Part shown: positions 46,973 to 56,350 of the stretch, piece by piece
Numbering within the stretch: the first letter of the stretch is position 1
How the letters are laid out: each line of letters starts with the position of its first letter
IMG/VR virus record: IMGVR_UViG_3300032820_000002
Source of the DNA: an uncultured virus (IMG/VR IMGVR_UViG_3300032820_000002)
Lineage: Duplodnaviria; Heunggongvirae; Uroviricota; Caudoviricetes
Strand: one strand, 5' to 3'
DNA length: 56,658 nucleotides
Notes under the pieces: generated by a model
Seen by the model: only the letters and a program-made list of their open reading frames with translations
What the model was told of the DNA's origin: nothing
Database searches by the model: none
Made by a program: the position numbers and the translations under genes

Positions 46973-48238
46973 TTATGAATCTCTTTTCATCATTTTAGAT
47001 GCCATTGCTTGAGTTATTTCTTTACCTTTATAATGTACAGTGGCGCTTGGCGCAATTCCTCGTCTACCTTTTTTTGCACTAACTGTATGGTCACCTGATC
47101 TAACATTTGCAGTTGTTAAATCATTTATATTATCAACATTATCCCCAGGGCCAGTTAAATCATAATGTACCATATCTCCATCTTCAGGATCGCGATGTTT
47201 ACCTTTATATGATGTAGAACTATCTGTTTGTTTGCCTGAACTAGGATCAAAATTTCTAGTTATCTGTAACCCACCTATTCTTGGAGTCTTGTGTTGAGTT
47301 TTGTGTCCTTGCCTATTTGTAGTAGTAGTTCCTCCACCACCTATAGTTTTAGTCTGTCCTGTAATTTGGCTACTTGAGACGCTTCGTCCATCATCATCTC
47401 TTCCTTTCGAAATTACACTACCCCTTCCATACTCATAAGTACGTACTTCTTTTTTTACAGATTTTTTATGATCTAAATATGCATGTATCATTTCATCATC
47501 CATATCATGCAACCGTTTCCAGTTTGGGTCATCAACCCACTTAATACCTTCTTCACGATCAGCTTTCATATCTCCTTCAGTAGTTGGTTGATTATTGCCA
47601 GCTTCGGCTTCGGCTCTAGCTATTTTCTTTGCAGCTATCTGGGCAGCACGTGACTTGGCTGCATTAGGATATTGTTTATTATAGTCGACTGCTATCTGTC
47701 CCATGGGAAGCGGCTTTTGGTCCTTTCTCCATGGGCGAGGCATTGGTTTGGTTAGTATCCAAGGTTTGGGATCATCTGCTGTTGGTGTTGCTTGAATAGG
47801 TCTAGGCCCAGGTGGACCTAACTTATCACCGTCCATCGTTCCTCCAGATGCTTTTACTTTATCTTTATAGGCTTGGGTTCTAGCTTTAGTTACTGCATTT
47901 ATTTTTAATTCTTGAGCCTTTATAGCATCAGGATGATGTTGCTCTGGTGGCATTACCATAGAAATAACATTTGATCCAGGAACCTTTTCCCATTTCCCAT
48001 TAGGATTGTCTCTCCAGTATTTTTCATCTGCTGCCTTAGCTACTGCATCTTGTTTTTTCGCTATGCTTGCAAAGTAAGCCCTAGTGTCTGCAGAACCATC
48101 GGGTCTTACAAAGCCAGCAGCAATAGCCTTTTCTCGATTAGCGACCCCACGTGCTGCCCGTTCTTCCCCAGCTCTACCTGTAAAATCATCTAGGTCTTTT
48201 TCTATAACAGGCTTTGATATAAATTCTCGTAAGAACAT
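46973..48238 (-). CDS. Hypothetical low-complexity protein, putative internal head protein
   Basis: 421 aa; N-terminus MFLREFISKPVIE. Confidence 0.7.
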   Translation of the reverse strand: MFLREFISKPVIEKDLDDFTGRAGEERAARGVANREKAIAAGFVRPDGSADTRAYFASIAKKQDAVAKAADEKYWRDNPNGKWEKVPGSNVISMVMPPEQHHPDAIKAQELKINAVTKARTQAYKDKVKASGGTMDGDKLGPPGPRPIQATPTADDPKPWILTKPMPRPWRKDQKPLPMGQIAVDYNKQYPNAAKSRAAQIAAKKIARAEAEAGNNQPTTEGDMKADREEGIKWVDDPNWKRLHDMDDEMIHAYLDHKKSVKKEVRTYEYGRGSVISKGRDDDGRSVSSSQITGQTKTIGGGGTTTTNRQGHKTQHKTPRIGGLQITRNFDPSSGKQTDSSTSYKGKHRDPEDGDMVHYDLTGPGDNVDNINDLTTANVRSGDHTVSAKKGRRGIAPSATVHYKGKEITQAMASKMMKRDS

Positions 48239-48241
48239 TAA

Positions 48242-49006
48242 TTATACCTCTTTTACGCGATTAAGAACAGTTTGCTTTGTGCCTTGATATTCGTCGTGCT
48301 TTTTAACAGTACCCACAAAAGTTTTAGTATCACCTTTTGTTACTTGTGTTTTCCAATTACCACCAAACACTGTTAGCAAGTTACCTTCAGGAGTAACAAA
48401 TTTAGTAATATAACTGCTACCCCAATTACTAGTAAAAGGTTTAATAAATAAAACTTCTCCTGTAAACTGTTGGCGTTTTGAAACTTCTCCCACCCATTCA
48501 CTATTATCACCCGGTTGTGGTTCTTTTGGTGCATTCGGATCTACTACAAGATGTGAAGTATCTAATCCTTCCGGGCGCGACCATAACAGTTCTGTTTTTG
48601 ATGGGTCTGGAGCTGTGCCATCTCTCATATTACCTTTGTATTTTAGTTTATATTTTCTAACTATGCCATATTCATCAATAACAAAATACCAAGTAACAGG
48701 GCGTACTCCTCTAGCGCCATAGTTAGAAAATACAGCAGTGCCATCAACGCTCACTGCCTTCTCTCCCATTTTTACATCTATATTAAAAAACTTTTTAAGA
48801 TTTTCAGTATCATCTCTTAAATCCCAAGGATTTCTTTCTGACTTAAATAAAAAATTTGCTTGCTTTGCACTTTTAAATAAACCATTATTATACTTGACCA
48901 TACTGTTTAATTGACGTGCAGTATCATTATCCCACTCGGTATTCCAATCAAACGACTCATTAATTAGAAGTTTTTTAACATTTATCCCTAGTTCTTTAAT
49001 TAGCAT
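48242..49006 (-). CDS. Hypothetical protein with C-terminal OB-fold-like segment
   Basis: S.WVGEV..R..F.G.V.......WG.S......EGN.L......GD...F.GTVK.H.EY.G.KQT.L.R; TAAATA-N5-ATG. Confidence 0.7.
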   Translation of the reverse strand: MLIKELGINVKKLLINESFDWNTEWDNDTARQLNSMVKYNNGLFKSAKQANFLFKSERNPWDLRDDTENLKKFFNIDVKMGEKAVSVDGTAVFSNYGARGVRPVTWYFVIDEYGIVRKYKLKYKGNMRDGTAPDPSKTELLWSRPEGLDTSHLVVDPNAPKEPQPGDNSEWVGEVSKRQQFTGEVLFIKPFTSNWGSSYITKFVTPEGNLLTVFGGNWKTQVTKGDTKTFVGTVKKHDEYQGTKQTVLNRVKEV

Positions 49007-49011
49007 GTTTT

Positions 49012-49062
49012 TATTTACCTGTATTCAAGACTCGTCTATACTAACTATATTTACCTTAAATA
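49012..49062. promoter_or_regulatory. Cluster of late-promoter motifs (two TAAATA on -, one on +)
   Basis: TATTTACCT at 49012 and 49048; TAAATA at 49057-49062. Confidence 0.65.
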
Positions 49063-49067
49063 ACTGC

Positions 49068-49661
49068 ATGACAGACCCTGAAGTATTAGATCGAATAGGA
49101 ACTTCCAACGCGGAAGTTATTACCCAACTTAAAAACCCTTGCACACAAGATTACGATGAATTTAAGAATTATATTCATGGTCCTGAAATGACTTGGTCAT
49201 ATCATAATCCAATGAATTTCCCTGGCGATACACGCGAACTTGAACTTCCTTATTATCATCATATGATTATGAAAAGACCTACAGAAGATGAAGCATATTC
49301 TACAATAACATCTAATTTATTTGAACCTGCTTACAGTGTAATAGACGAAATTCTTCATTTTAATGATATTAAACTTTCTACATTATATCGAATACACATT
49401 AATTCAACTTTTAATAGTGAAAATAAAAAAGGACCCTGGCATACTGATTTACCGTTCGCTTACAAAAATTTAATAGTATATATGAGCAGATTTGAAGGTG
49501 GGGCTACTTGGGTTAAATACGGGCCACCCGGTGATGAAGACGAACTTCGATTTCTTCCAAAAGAAGATAATGCAATTATATTTAATGGGAAATTAGAACA
49601 CTGTCAGGAAGTACCTGATGATTATGGACGTCGGATTATATTAGTAGTAAATTATCTATGA
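49068..49661 (+). CDS. 2OG-Fe(II) oxygenase-like protein (start refined to ATG 49068)
   Basis: WHTD, IVY...GG.T, FNG...H, R..LV.NY. Confidence 0.75.
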   Translation: MTDPEVLDRIGTSNAEVITQLKNPCTQDYDEFKNYIHGPEMTWSYHNPMNFPGDTRELELPYYHHMIMKRPTEDEAYSTITSNLFEPAYSVIDEILHFNDIKLSTLYRIHINSTFNSENKKGPWHTDLPFAYKNLIVYMSRFEGGATWVKYGPPGDEDELRFLPKEDNAIIFNGKLEHCQEVPDDYGRRIILVVNYL

Positions 49662-51100
49662 CAAAAATAAACGCAGCCGATCTTAAAATTGAGGAATGTG
49701 TGAAAGAAAATACCATGTGTATGTATCCATTCACACATTTACATATATGGCCTGATGGACGAGTTTGGCCTTGCTGTTCTACAGATTATATGAAGTATTC
49801 TTTAGGTAATCTAAACAGAGACGATGTAAAAGATATATGGAATAGTGAACAACTAAAAAGCATAAGAAAAGCATTAGTAGAAGGAGAACGACATTCTTCA
49901 TGTAGTAAGTGTTTCCATCAAGAAGATGGTGGTCTTAAAAGTTTAAGGTCTAATCCCAATAATCAACAAATGTTAGAAAACCATCGTGACATTGTACAAA
50001 AAGCAATAGATAATAACTATGAAGTAGAAGATTTTAATTTATATTACTGGGACTTTAGATTTAGTAATTTATGTAATATGAAATGTAGAACTTGTGGTCC
50101 TGAATTAAGTAGTTTATGGGTAGCCGATTGGAAGACAATATCAGAACCTTTACTAGAAGACCAAGACTTAAAGAATAAATTAGTTCTTAATAAACCTCGA
50201 ATACAACGACATTTAGCAGAAAGGCTTGATAGCATCAAAGATGCAGATAAGCACGGTGTAATAGAACTAAAAAATAAAAGTAAACAACAATTAGATGAAA
50301 TAATCGAGCGCGATATAAACAATGTTGAACATATATACTTCGCAGGCGGAGAGCCTATGATTAGTGAACAGCATTATCATATTTTAGATAAATTAATTGA
50401 ACATGAAAGATTTGATGTAACTCTTTGGTATAATACTAATCTTCTTATTTTAAATTATAAAAAATTTAATAAAGAATATGATATGGTAGATATATGGAAA
50501 AAATTTAATAAATGCACAAATCAAACTTGCGGTCCGCAAGTAGCTATATCAGCAAGTATTGATGCAATAGGTAAACGAGCAGAATATATTAGGCACGGTA
50601 CTGACTGGCCTACAATAGAAAAACATTTAAAAATAATGAACCATTTGCATGGGCATCATGAAAATATTTTTTTTAAAGTAACACCTGTTATTAGTATTTT
50701 TAATGTTTTACATATGCCAGATTATTTTGAATACTTAATTGAAAAAATAGGATTTCAAGGTCAGCAGCTTATGGGACATAATATGCTAGAACAACCTATG
50801 ACGTTTAGAATAGATCAGTTACCTGATAATTTAAAAACTCAAATTAAAGAATCTTATGCAAAGTTTTTAAATGATAAATCAGGAATATATGATGATGAAA
50901 CGTTAGGATGTGTAGAAGTAATGTTTAATGGTATAATACATTATTTAGATACTAATACGTATGTTGCAGAATATGATGATTATGCTTTACGACATCCAAG
51001 ATTTAAATATGTAACAAACTCTTTAGATAATGTTAGGAATGAAAACTTTAGAGAAACTTTTCCTGAATTAAAAGACTATTGGGACTCTATAGAATATTAA
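49658..51100 (+). CDS. Radical SAM protein with N-terminal SPASM/twitch-like domain
   Basis: C..PF.......G.V.PCC, C..C; CNMKCRTC; FAGGEP; SID....EYIR.G..W. Confidence 0.9.
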   Translation: MTKINAADLKIEECVKENTMCMYPFTHLHIWPDGRVWPCCSTDYMKYSLGNLNRDDVKDIWNSEQLKSIRKALVEGERHSSCSKCFHQEDGGLKSLRSNPNNQQMLENHRDIVQKAIDNNYEVEDFNLYYWDFRFSNLCNMKCRTCGPELSSLWVADWKTISEPLLEDQDLKNKLVLNKPRIQRHLAERLDSIKDADKHGVIELKNKSKQQLDEIIERDINNVEHIYFAGGEPMISEQHYHILDKLIEHERFDVTLWYNTNLLILNYKKFNKEYDMVDIWKKFNKCTNQTCGPQVAISASIDAIGKRAEYIRHGTDWPTIEKHLKIMNHLHGHHENIFFKVTPVISIFNVLHMPDYFEYLIEKIGFQGQQLMGHNMLEQPMTFRIDQLPDNLKTQIKESYAKFLNDKSGIYDDETLGCVEVMFNGIIHYLDTNTYVAEYDDYALRHPRFKYVTNSLDNVRNENFRETFPELKDYWDSIEY

Positions 51101-51281
51101 TGTAGTCTATATCGCCATCATGTGGCTCTTTGCCGAGAGCATTTTCTTCTTTTTCTATTTTACTAAGATAATGTTTAAAAGGACGTTTGCACGATCGACA
51201 CTCCCATGAACCTTCTTCGATCCAGTTTAATGACCCAGTTTTACATGAAGGACATTGTATCAGGGTTCCGTGCTTTACCAT
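51087..51281 (-). CDS. Small zinc-ribbon protein
   Basis: CPSC...WECRSC; GAGG RBS. Confidence 0.7.
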   Translation of the reverse strand: MVKHGTLIQCPSCKTGSLNWIEEGSWECRSCKRPFKHYLSKIEKEENALGKEPHDGDIDYINIL

Positions 51282-51306
51282 TTGGTCCTCAATTGTTATG
51301 CACTAT

Positions 51307-51621
51307 TTAATTCAATTCGTACTCTGGCATGGTATACCCATTAGCTAAAGTAGCTGACCGTGCATGCCAATGTAAATGATCTGGTACTGCTCGTTGCTGC
51401 CTATCAATATAATAATTGTGTTTGCCAAACTTCTTGTCTGCAACCGTTCGCAAGGCAATCTCCATCTCTGCCCAGTCCCTTGGTGGTATAGACATAGTAT
51501 GGGATTGTCTCCAAACGATCATTGGTACTAAACACGACATGCAATCAATTATAATAAAGCGCGGGTCAGAATCATCATACAAATGTACAATTGTATCTAA
51601 ATTACACAATTCGCAACTCAT
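51307..51621 (-). CDS. HIT-like protein
   Basis: N-terminal CELC and HLHWH triad. Confidence 0.7.
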   Translation of the reverse strand: MSCELCNLDTIVHLYDDSDPRFIIIDCMSCLVPMIVWRQSHTMSIPPRDWAEMEIALRTVADKKFGKHNYYIDRQQRAVPDHLHWHARSATLANGYTMPEYELN

Positions 51622-51637
51622 TTAATTTCTTTATCCT

Positions 51638-51817
51638 CTAACTGTCGTCTTGTCGCCTATTAGGTACTTGATTATGAAAACTAAAAAGTACTTTTGTTTT
51701 CTCTTCTAAAACGCGGATCCTAGTATGCATTTGTGCTAACACAATGACTAACATAATAAACCCTATGAGCATTGGCCACATTTTATTAAGAATTTCTAAT
51801 ATTACTAATTCATCCAT
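51638..51817 (-). CDS. 59-aa single-TM protein (not in ORF track)
   Basis: MDELVILEILNKMWPMLIGFIMLVIVLAQMHTRIRVLEEKTKVLF... Confidence 0.65.
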   Translation of the reverse strand: MDELVILEILNKMWPMLIGFIMLVIVLAQMHTRIRVLEEKTKVLFSFHNQVPNRRQDDS

Positions 51818-51829
51818 CTTTTAATAAAG

Positions 51830-52117
51830 TTAGAACCTCATTTTATCTAAAATAGTTCCCTCTAATTTAGACATAATACGTACACCAGAATATCCGCAAA
51901 CAAATGCAATTGCAAGTGCTACTTCTGTTCCAAAACCAAAATGTACCATTAATGCAGGAATAAAAAACTCTGCTGCTATCCAACCTATAATACCCGAAAG
52001 TAAAATATCTCTAACTGGTGTTTTCCTACGGACAACTGCATTGCATACTCCGCCTGTTCCTGCTGCTGCTATGCAACAAAATTTTGCCCCAAACATTGCT
52101 ACTAATTCTGCTATCAT
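51830..52117 (-). CDS. Holin-like membrane protein
   Basis: 95 aa, ~3 TM segments, AF.CGY.G motif, GGAGG RBS, TAAATA at 52137-52142 (-). Confidence 0.6.
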   Translation of the reverse strand: MIAELVAMFGAKFCCIAAAGTGGVCNAVVRRKTPVRDILLSGIIGWIAAEFFIPALMVHFGFGTEVALAIAFVCGYSGVRIMSKLEGTILDKMRF

Positions 52118-52151
52118 GTTGTTCTAAGCCTCCCTCTATTTACAACTTTAA

Positions 52152-52367
52152 TATTATTATTTAAGGACTCTATCTAAAATATTAAATAGCGAGTTATTAG
52201 AACAATATGATAATAATATATGGGATGTTAACAACTTTGAAAAAGCAATGTCTATAACAAAATCTTTAGATAAAATAAGAAAAGAAAATGTAACTAAAAC
52301 GTTTCCTGAACTATTCAGTGATCCACGCGGTGGGCCTAAGGGCGCATTGCGCCGGTCACTAATATAA
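52152..52367 (+). pseudogene. Start-less C-terminal remnant of a radical SAM paralog
   Basis: TKSLDKIRKENVTKTFPEL vs TNSLDNVRNENFRETFPEL in 49658-51100; in-frame TAA at 52149. Confidence 0.65.
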
Positions 52368-53564
52368 ATCGCTAGGCAATCTATCACGTAAACAGTGAAA
52401 GGAATATCTACTTTTTGTATATCGTTTTAACCACTTTAATTGCCTTTTCGTAAAAGGAAAGTAGTTTGGTATATCAATTATTCCATTCTGTTTATCTTCG
52501 CTTAATAACGTTAATATCATATTAGCAAAATACTTATTATATTCACTTCCAAAATGATTACTACGTTTTTTATCTGTATAACCTGCAGTTGATAACCTTA
52601 CTATATCTTCTTCGTCCCAGTGTTCACCTATTAGTTTATTACAATATTTTTCTCCTAGCCCCGTTGACATTAGTTCATGCATACTTAATAGAAGTAAAGG
52701 CATGTTGGCTACTGGACCACTTTTAGGATGAAACCGCGATTCCTTATCTATTTCACCATACGGAACATACGGATCATCATAGACTATACTATTATCATCA
52801 TCTATAACAATACCACTGCTACCAAAACATGGGAACCAAAAACACTTTTTATTTTTCTTTAATAATAATTCATCTATTTGCATTAGTACACCTTTATGTA
52901 CTATTTTCATTAAGTCAGGATCCCATAAACTTTCATAGTACTTGTTTAAACTATCAAGTATCTTTACACCTTGTTTTTCCGGAATTCCATATTCGTCTAC
53001 CCACCATCTAATCATGCTATCTATACCTACTGATTTACTTTTAGACTGTTCTTTACTTTTATTCCATTGATCAAAGAACCAAGGTGCATGCGTTAAAAAT
53101 TTAGATATTATACTTTCTTTTTTTCGACTTGTTATACCTATATTTAAAGGGAGACCATATCTATTTGGTACTCTATTAGGTTCTGTAACACATACTATAA
53201 CAACATCTGCTTCGTCTACTACAGCTATTAAATCCTCATATGAATGCGTCATTGCAGCACCAGAACGTCCTAAAGATATAATTGAAGCATTTAAATTTTC
53301 TGCAACTATATAAGGCCAAGTTTTATATGGTGTTTTATACACATCAGCACAATAACTATCACCTATTAACGCTAGCTTTAAACTATTTTTAGTTTTAGTA
53401 GCATAGTTATCATGTATTTTTCTGTTAAGCCTTTCATAAGTTAGTTCAGGCTTCCGTGCCCATCTATTTTGCCATAATAAAGCTGTATATTTCCAATCTA
53501 GTTTTCCATCAGGATCGCCCCTTATAGGAATATATTCATGATCATCATAGATTTTACTTTTCAT
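52359..53564 (-). CDS. SGNH/GDSL-like protein, paralog of 40503
   Basis: LIGDSYC, GRSG, VTEPNR, RSNHF; TATAAATA-N5-ATG. Confidence 0.65.
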   Translation of the reverse strand: MKSKIYDDHEYIPIRGDPDGKLDWKYTALLWQNRWARKPELTYERLNRKIHDNYATKTKNSLKLALIGDSYCADVYKTPYKTWPYIVAENLNASIISLGRSGAAMTHSYEDLIAVVDEADVVIVCVTEPNRVPNRYGLPLNIGITSRKKESIISKFLTHAPWFFDQWNKSKEQSKSKSVGIDSMIRWWVDEYGIPEKQGVKILDSLNKYYESLWDPDLMKIVHKGVLMQIDELLLKKNKKCFWFPCFGSSGIVIDDDNSIVYDDPYVPYGEIDKESRFHPKSGPVANMPLLLLSMHELMSTGLGEKYCNKLIGEHWDEEDIVRLSTAGYTDKKRSNHFGSEYNKYFANMILTLLSEDKQNGIIDIPNYFPFTKRQLKWLKRYTKSRYSFHCLRDRLPSDLY

Positions 53565-53569
53565 AATAA

Positions 53570-53603
53570 TATTTATACCCCTTCATAAAGCCCTTCATAA
53601 ATA
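53570..53603. promoter_or_regulatory. Back-to-back late promoters flanking a CCCTTCATAAA direct repeat
   Basis: TATAAATA (-) 53570-53577; TAAATA (+) 53598-53603. Confidence 0.65.
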
Positions 53604-53610
53604 TATTATC

Positions 53611-54660
53611 ATGATGTCATCAGAGAAGAACATACATTTTAACACTGAAAAATGGTCTGAGTATTACTCGACTGTACAAAAGTTAAAAGTAATATGCATG
53701 TGTCATGGGGCAGGAAAGTCTACTCTTGCAGTAAAATATCCACATCATTTTTTTGATTTTGATATAGGTGCATCTTGGGTGCTTGGTGTCTGTCTTCGTA
53801 AGGTTCCGGCCGATCATCCTCTTAGACCAGGTAAAATTTTTGGAATAGTATATAAAGACGGCCCAGGTGGCCCTTTTCCAGATGAATTAAACATAGGTGA
53901 AGGTGTTAGAAAATATAAAATTCCTAATAATTTTACAAAAAATCGTGAAGATATTATATACTGGGGACTACCAATAGACGAACCTATTTTTTGGCGCGGC
54001 TCGATCGTTCAAACTTTAAATCGTAACTATATAGATAATGGATGGCTTCTTAAAGATAAAAATAAAGACGACGGTCTTAGACAATTCACTAATGTAATTA
54101 TTGATTTTAAAAAAGCTGGCATTGATACAGTTAATGCAGACGATTATATGGAGTATGGTGAATTTGATTTTTGGGATGAGTTTATAAAAGCGAACATTCA
54201 TGCATTTATAAAACAAGAGAAAATACTATTATGGAACCATCTCGAGCGCACCATGGGCGGTCAGTACAACCATCGGAATGGAGTTCATGTAGGACGTACT
54301 GACCTGTGGATGAATGAATTTCATCCACGCCCCAGTCTGATAGATATAATTAGACCAAACGAAACTATACATCTTAATAATATAAAAAATAGGAATAAAG
54401 ATCAGCGGACCATCGACGTTGCGACTTGGGTTCAATATGGTGATGATCATTATCGAACACTTAAAAGTGCAGCCACTGGCCGTCTTTTTCCCGTACCACC
54501 GTTAAATTTATTTGAATATAATAATTATAAAGAACTAGAAACTAAATGCTTACTACATTATATAAAACATTTTGGCGAAAAGAGACATATGAGTAATTGC
54601 GGTTTAGGACTAAGTCATATGGCTTGGCCCAACTGGCCCTTTCCTCCAGGTTTATTATAA
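53611..54660 (+). CDS. Hypothetical P-loop (kinase-like) protein
   Basis: GAGKSTLA followed by DFD. Confidence 0.6.
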   Translation: MMSSEKNIHFNTEKWSEYYSTVQKLKVICMCHGAGKSTLAVKYPHHFFDFDIGASWVLGVCLRKVPADHPLRPGKIFGIVYKDGPGGPFPDELNIGEGVRKYKIPNNFTKNREDIIYWGLPIDEPIFWRGSIVQTLNRNYIDNGWLLKDKNKDDGLRQFTNVIIDFKKAGIDTVNADDYMEYGEFDFWDEFIKANIHAFIKQEKILLWNHLERTMGGQYNHRNGVHVGRTDLWMNEFHPRPSLIDIIRPNETIHLNNIKNRNKDQRTIDVATWVQYGDDHYRTLKSAATGRLFPVPPLNLFEYNNYKELETKCLLHYIKHFGEKRHMSNCGLGLSHMAWPNWPFPPGLL

Positions 54661-54904
54661 GGTGGTAATCCAAAAAAGCCGCGAGCGGTTAAGCAGATTT
54701 TTTAGCTCGAAGAGTTTTCGCAGAAAATTTGTACGGTTCTCTGCTGGCCTGTAACTATGTAGCACTGCGCTACTTATAGTGCGTTTCACTGTAACCATGC
54801 TTTAAAAGCTATTACAAGCTGCTGTAGCACCCCTTAAACACATGGTTGCTATTATATGGCATTTAAATCTTATATCTGTAGATTAAGCTACGCTAATCTC
54901 ATGC

Positions 54905-55147
54905 TTATAGAGGAGGCTTATTAGGAGCATTATATCCTAAGTGTGTATCCAATTTACCATCTGGTAAAGGACAATCATAGAATATATGTTCTATATCAGT
55001 AAAACCCAAACCTTTTAATATATCAATCATTATACTATTTTGTCTTTTTAGTATACGTATTTCTTCTGTCATATCATCTACTAGCATTAAAGCTATTAAT
55101 GCCTTTTCATCGTCATCTATATCCATTGTGTTTAGCTTATGGTTCAT
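54905..55147 (-). CDS. Hypothetical protein
   Basis: ORF overlapping end of upstream ORF; start uncertain. Confidence 0.55.
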   Translation of the reverse strand: MNHKLNTMDIDDDEKALIALMLVDDMTEEIRILKRQNSIMIDILKGLGFTDIEHIFYDCPLPDGKLDTHLGYNAPNKPPL

Positions 55148-55463
55148 CAGTATTACCCAATTTAACACCAAACCTTCGTACTAAGCAAGCGTTATAAGCT
55201 AATGTAAATGCTTCTTCCATGTACTCAGTAGAGTAGTATTCAGAACCAAAGCTATATTTCCAAGATGATGGATCTTTAGCTTCTTCTAGTTTTATTAAAT
55301 ATTGAGCGCAAGCACACTCATGTAAGTCCGTACAGCACGGAATAAAGTCTTTAACCACAGTATATATTCCTTTACAAGAGAGAGTTATTTGTAATACAAT
55401 CAGTTTACAAGTAGTAGCATATACAGACGATACATAGTTTCTCCTTTTATATATAGCGTCCAT
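55137..55463 (-). CDS. Hypothetical Cys-rich protein
   Basis: ORF only; start uncertain. Confidence 0.45.
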   Translation of the reverse strand: MDAIYKRRNYVSSVYATTCKLIVLQITLSCKGIYTVVKDFIPCCTDLHECACAQYLIKLEEAKDPSSWKYSFGSEYYSTEYMEEAFTLAYNACLVRRFGVKLGNTDEP

Positions 55464-55596
55464 TAAGCATATACGTTATGCTCTAGGTTCGCATCGTAAT
55501 TGACAATGTTGCTAGAACTGTTACTACTGTATATACTACTGTTAATATTTAGTGGGAGAGTTTATAAAACTGCTTTAAATAGCCTTAAAACACGAG

Positions 55597-55803
55597 TTAC
55601 AAAGGAACCTTAACGCATATGCCTATATGACTTACACGAAAAACACCGTTACTAGGCTGTCCTCTATCTACTTCTATGTGGAATTGCGCTTTAGCACACT
55701 CATCAAAAGTAGTGTATTCAAACTTATTAACAAAGGTTTCTACTCTTTCGTTAGGGAATAACAAAGTAGTAACAACAACAAGTAGAAATAAAAACTGCTC
55801 CAA
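55597..55803 (-). CDS. Small protein with signal-like N-terminus
   Basis: TTG start, GGGGAG RBS, TAAATA at 55833-55838 (-), Cys pair. Confidence 0.6.
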   Translation of the reverse strand: MEQFLFLLVVVTTLLFPNERVETFVNKFEYTTFDECAKAQFHIEVDRGQPSNGVFRVSHIGICVKVPL

Positions 55804-56015
55804 GGATCCGCTCCCCTTCTTAATATTAATTATATTTACTCGAAATGGGTCCTGCAGGTCTAAAAATATGCTGCGCGAAAATTTCTAGGGAAGTACTTAT
55901 AGAAGTGAGGTGGTGATTCTAACTCACCCCATTTTTAAAAAAGTGAGACTAACCACGCTAACAGTTGTAACCAAATTTGTATATATAGCCCCGAGTACCC
56001 CTCCCGCCTCGAGAG

Positions 56016-56046
56016 AAAAAAAATTCTCTCCGAAGAAAGAATTTTT
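56016..56046 (-). terminator. Intrinsic terminator with cUUCGg tetraloop
   Basis: Minus strand AAAAAUUCUUUC-UUCG-GAGAGAAUUUUUUUU downstream of ORF 56072-56350. Confidence 0.75.
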
Positions 56047-56071
56047 AGTTTTTTTCTTTTTTTATTTTTTA

Positions 56072-56350
56072 TTATTCGTTAAGCACTACGTCTGCGAACG
56101 GTAGTACAAACTTCCAGCCCTTCTCTGTGTCCTCTACAGCGTACAGCTCCTGCTCCATGTCCATAGCAGTCAGTATGCCCTCACGCTCTAGTACACTATG
56201 CCTCACTATAGGTAAGTCAGCTAGGCTATGCATCCCACCTATGCGTCCGAACTCGTCCATAGGAAACGATTGCTTATACGTGCATGGATGGTCTTGTCGT
56301 ATCTGTGTGTTGTTCACAGGTGCGTCGATCGCATCAAATGGTTTACTCAT
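56072..56350 (-). CDS. Hypothetical protein (higher GC)
   Basis: GAGG RBS, ATGA overlap with upstream ORF. Confidence 0.7.
   Translation of the reverse strand: MSKPFDAIDAPVNNTQIRQDHPCTYKQSFPMDEFGRIGGMHSLADLPIVRHSVLEREGILTAMDMEQELYAVEDTEKGWKFVLPFADVVLNE

Noticed and set aside
52157..52387. 76-aa minus-strand ORF
   Set aside because: Antisense shadow of the radical SAM remnant on the + strand
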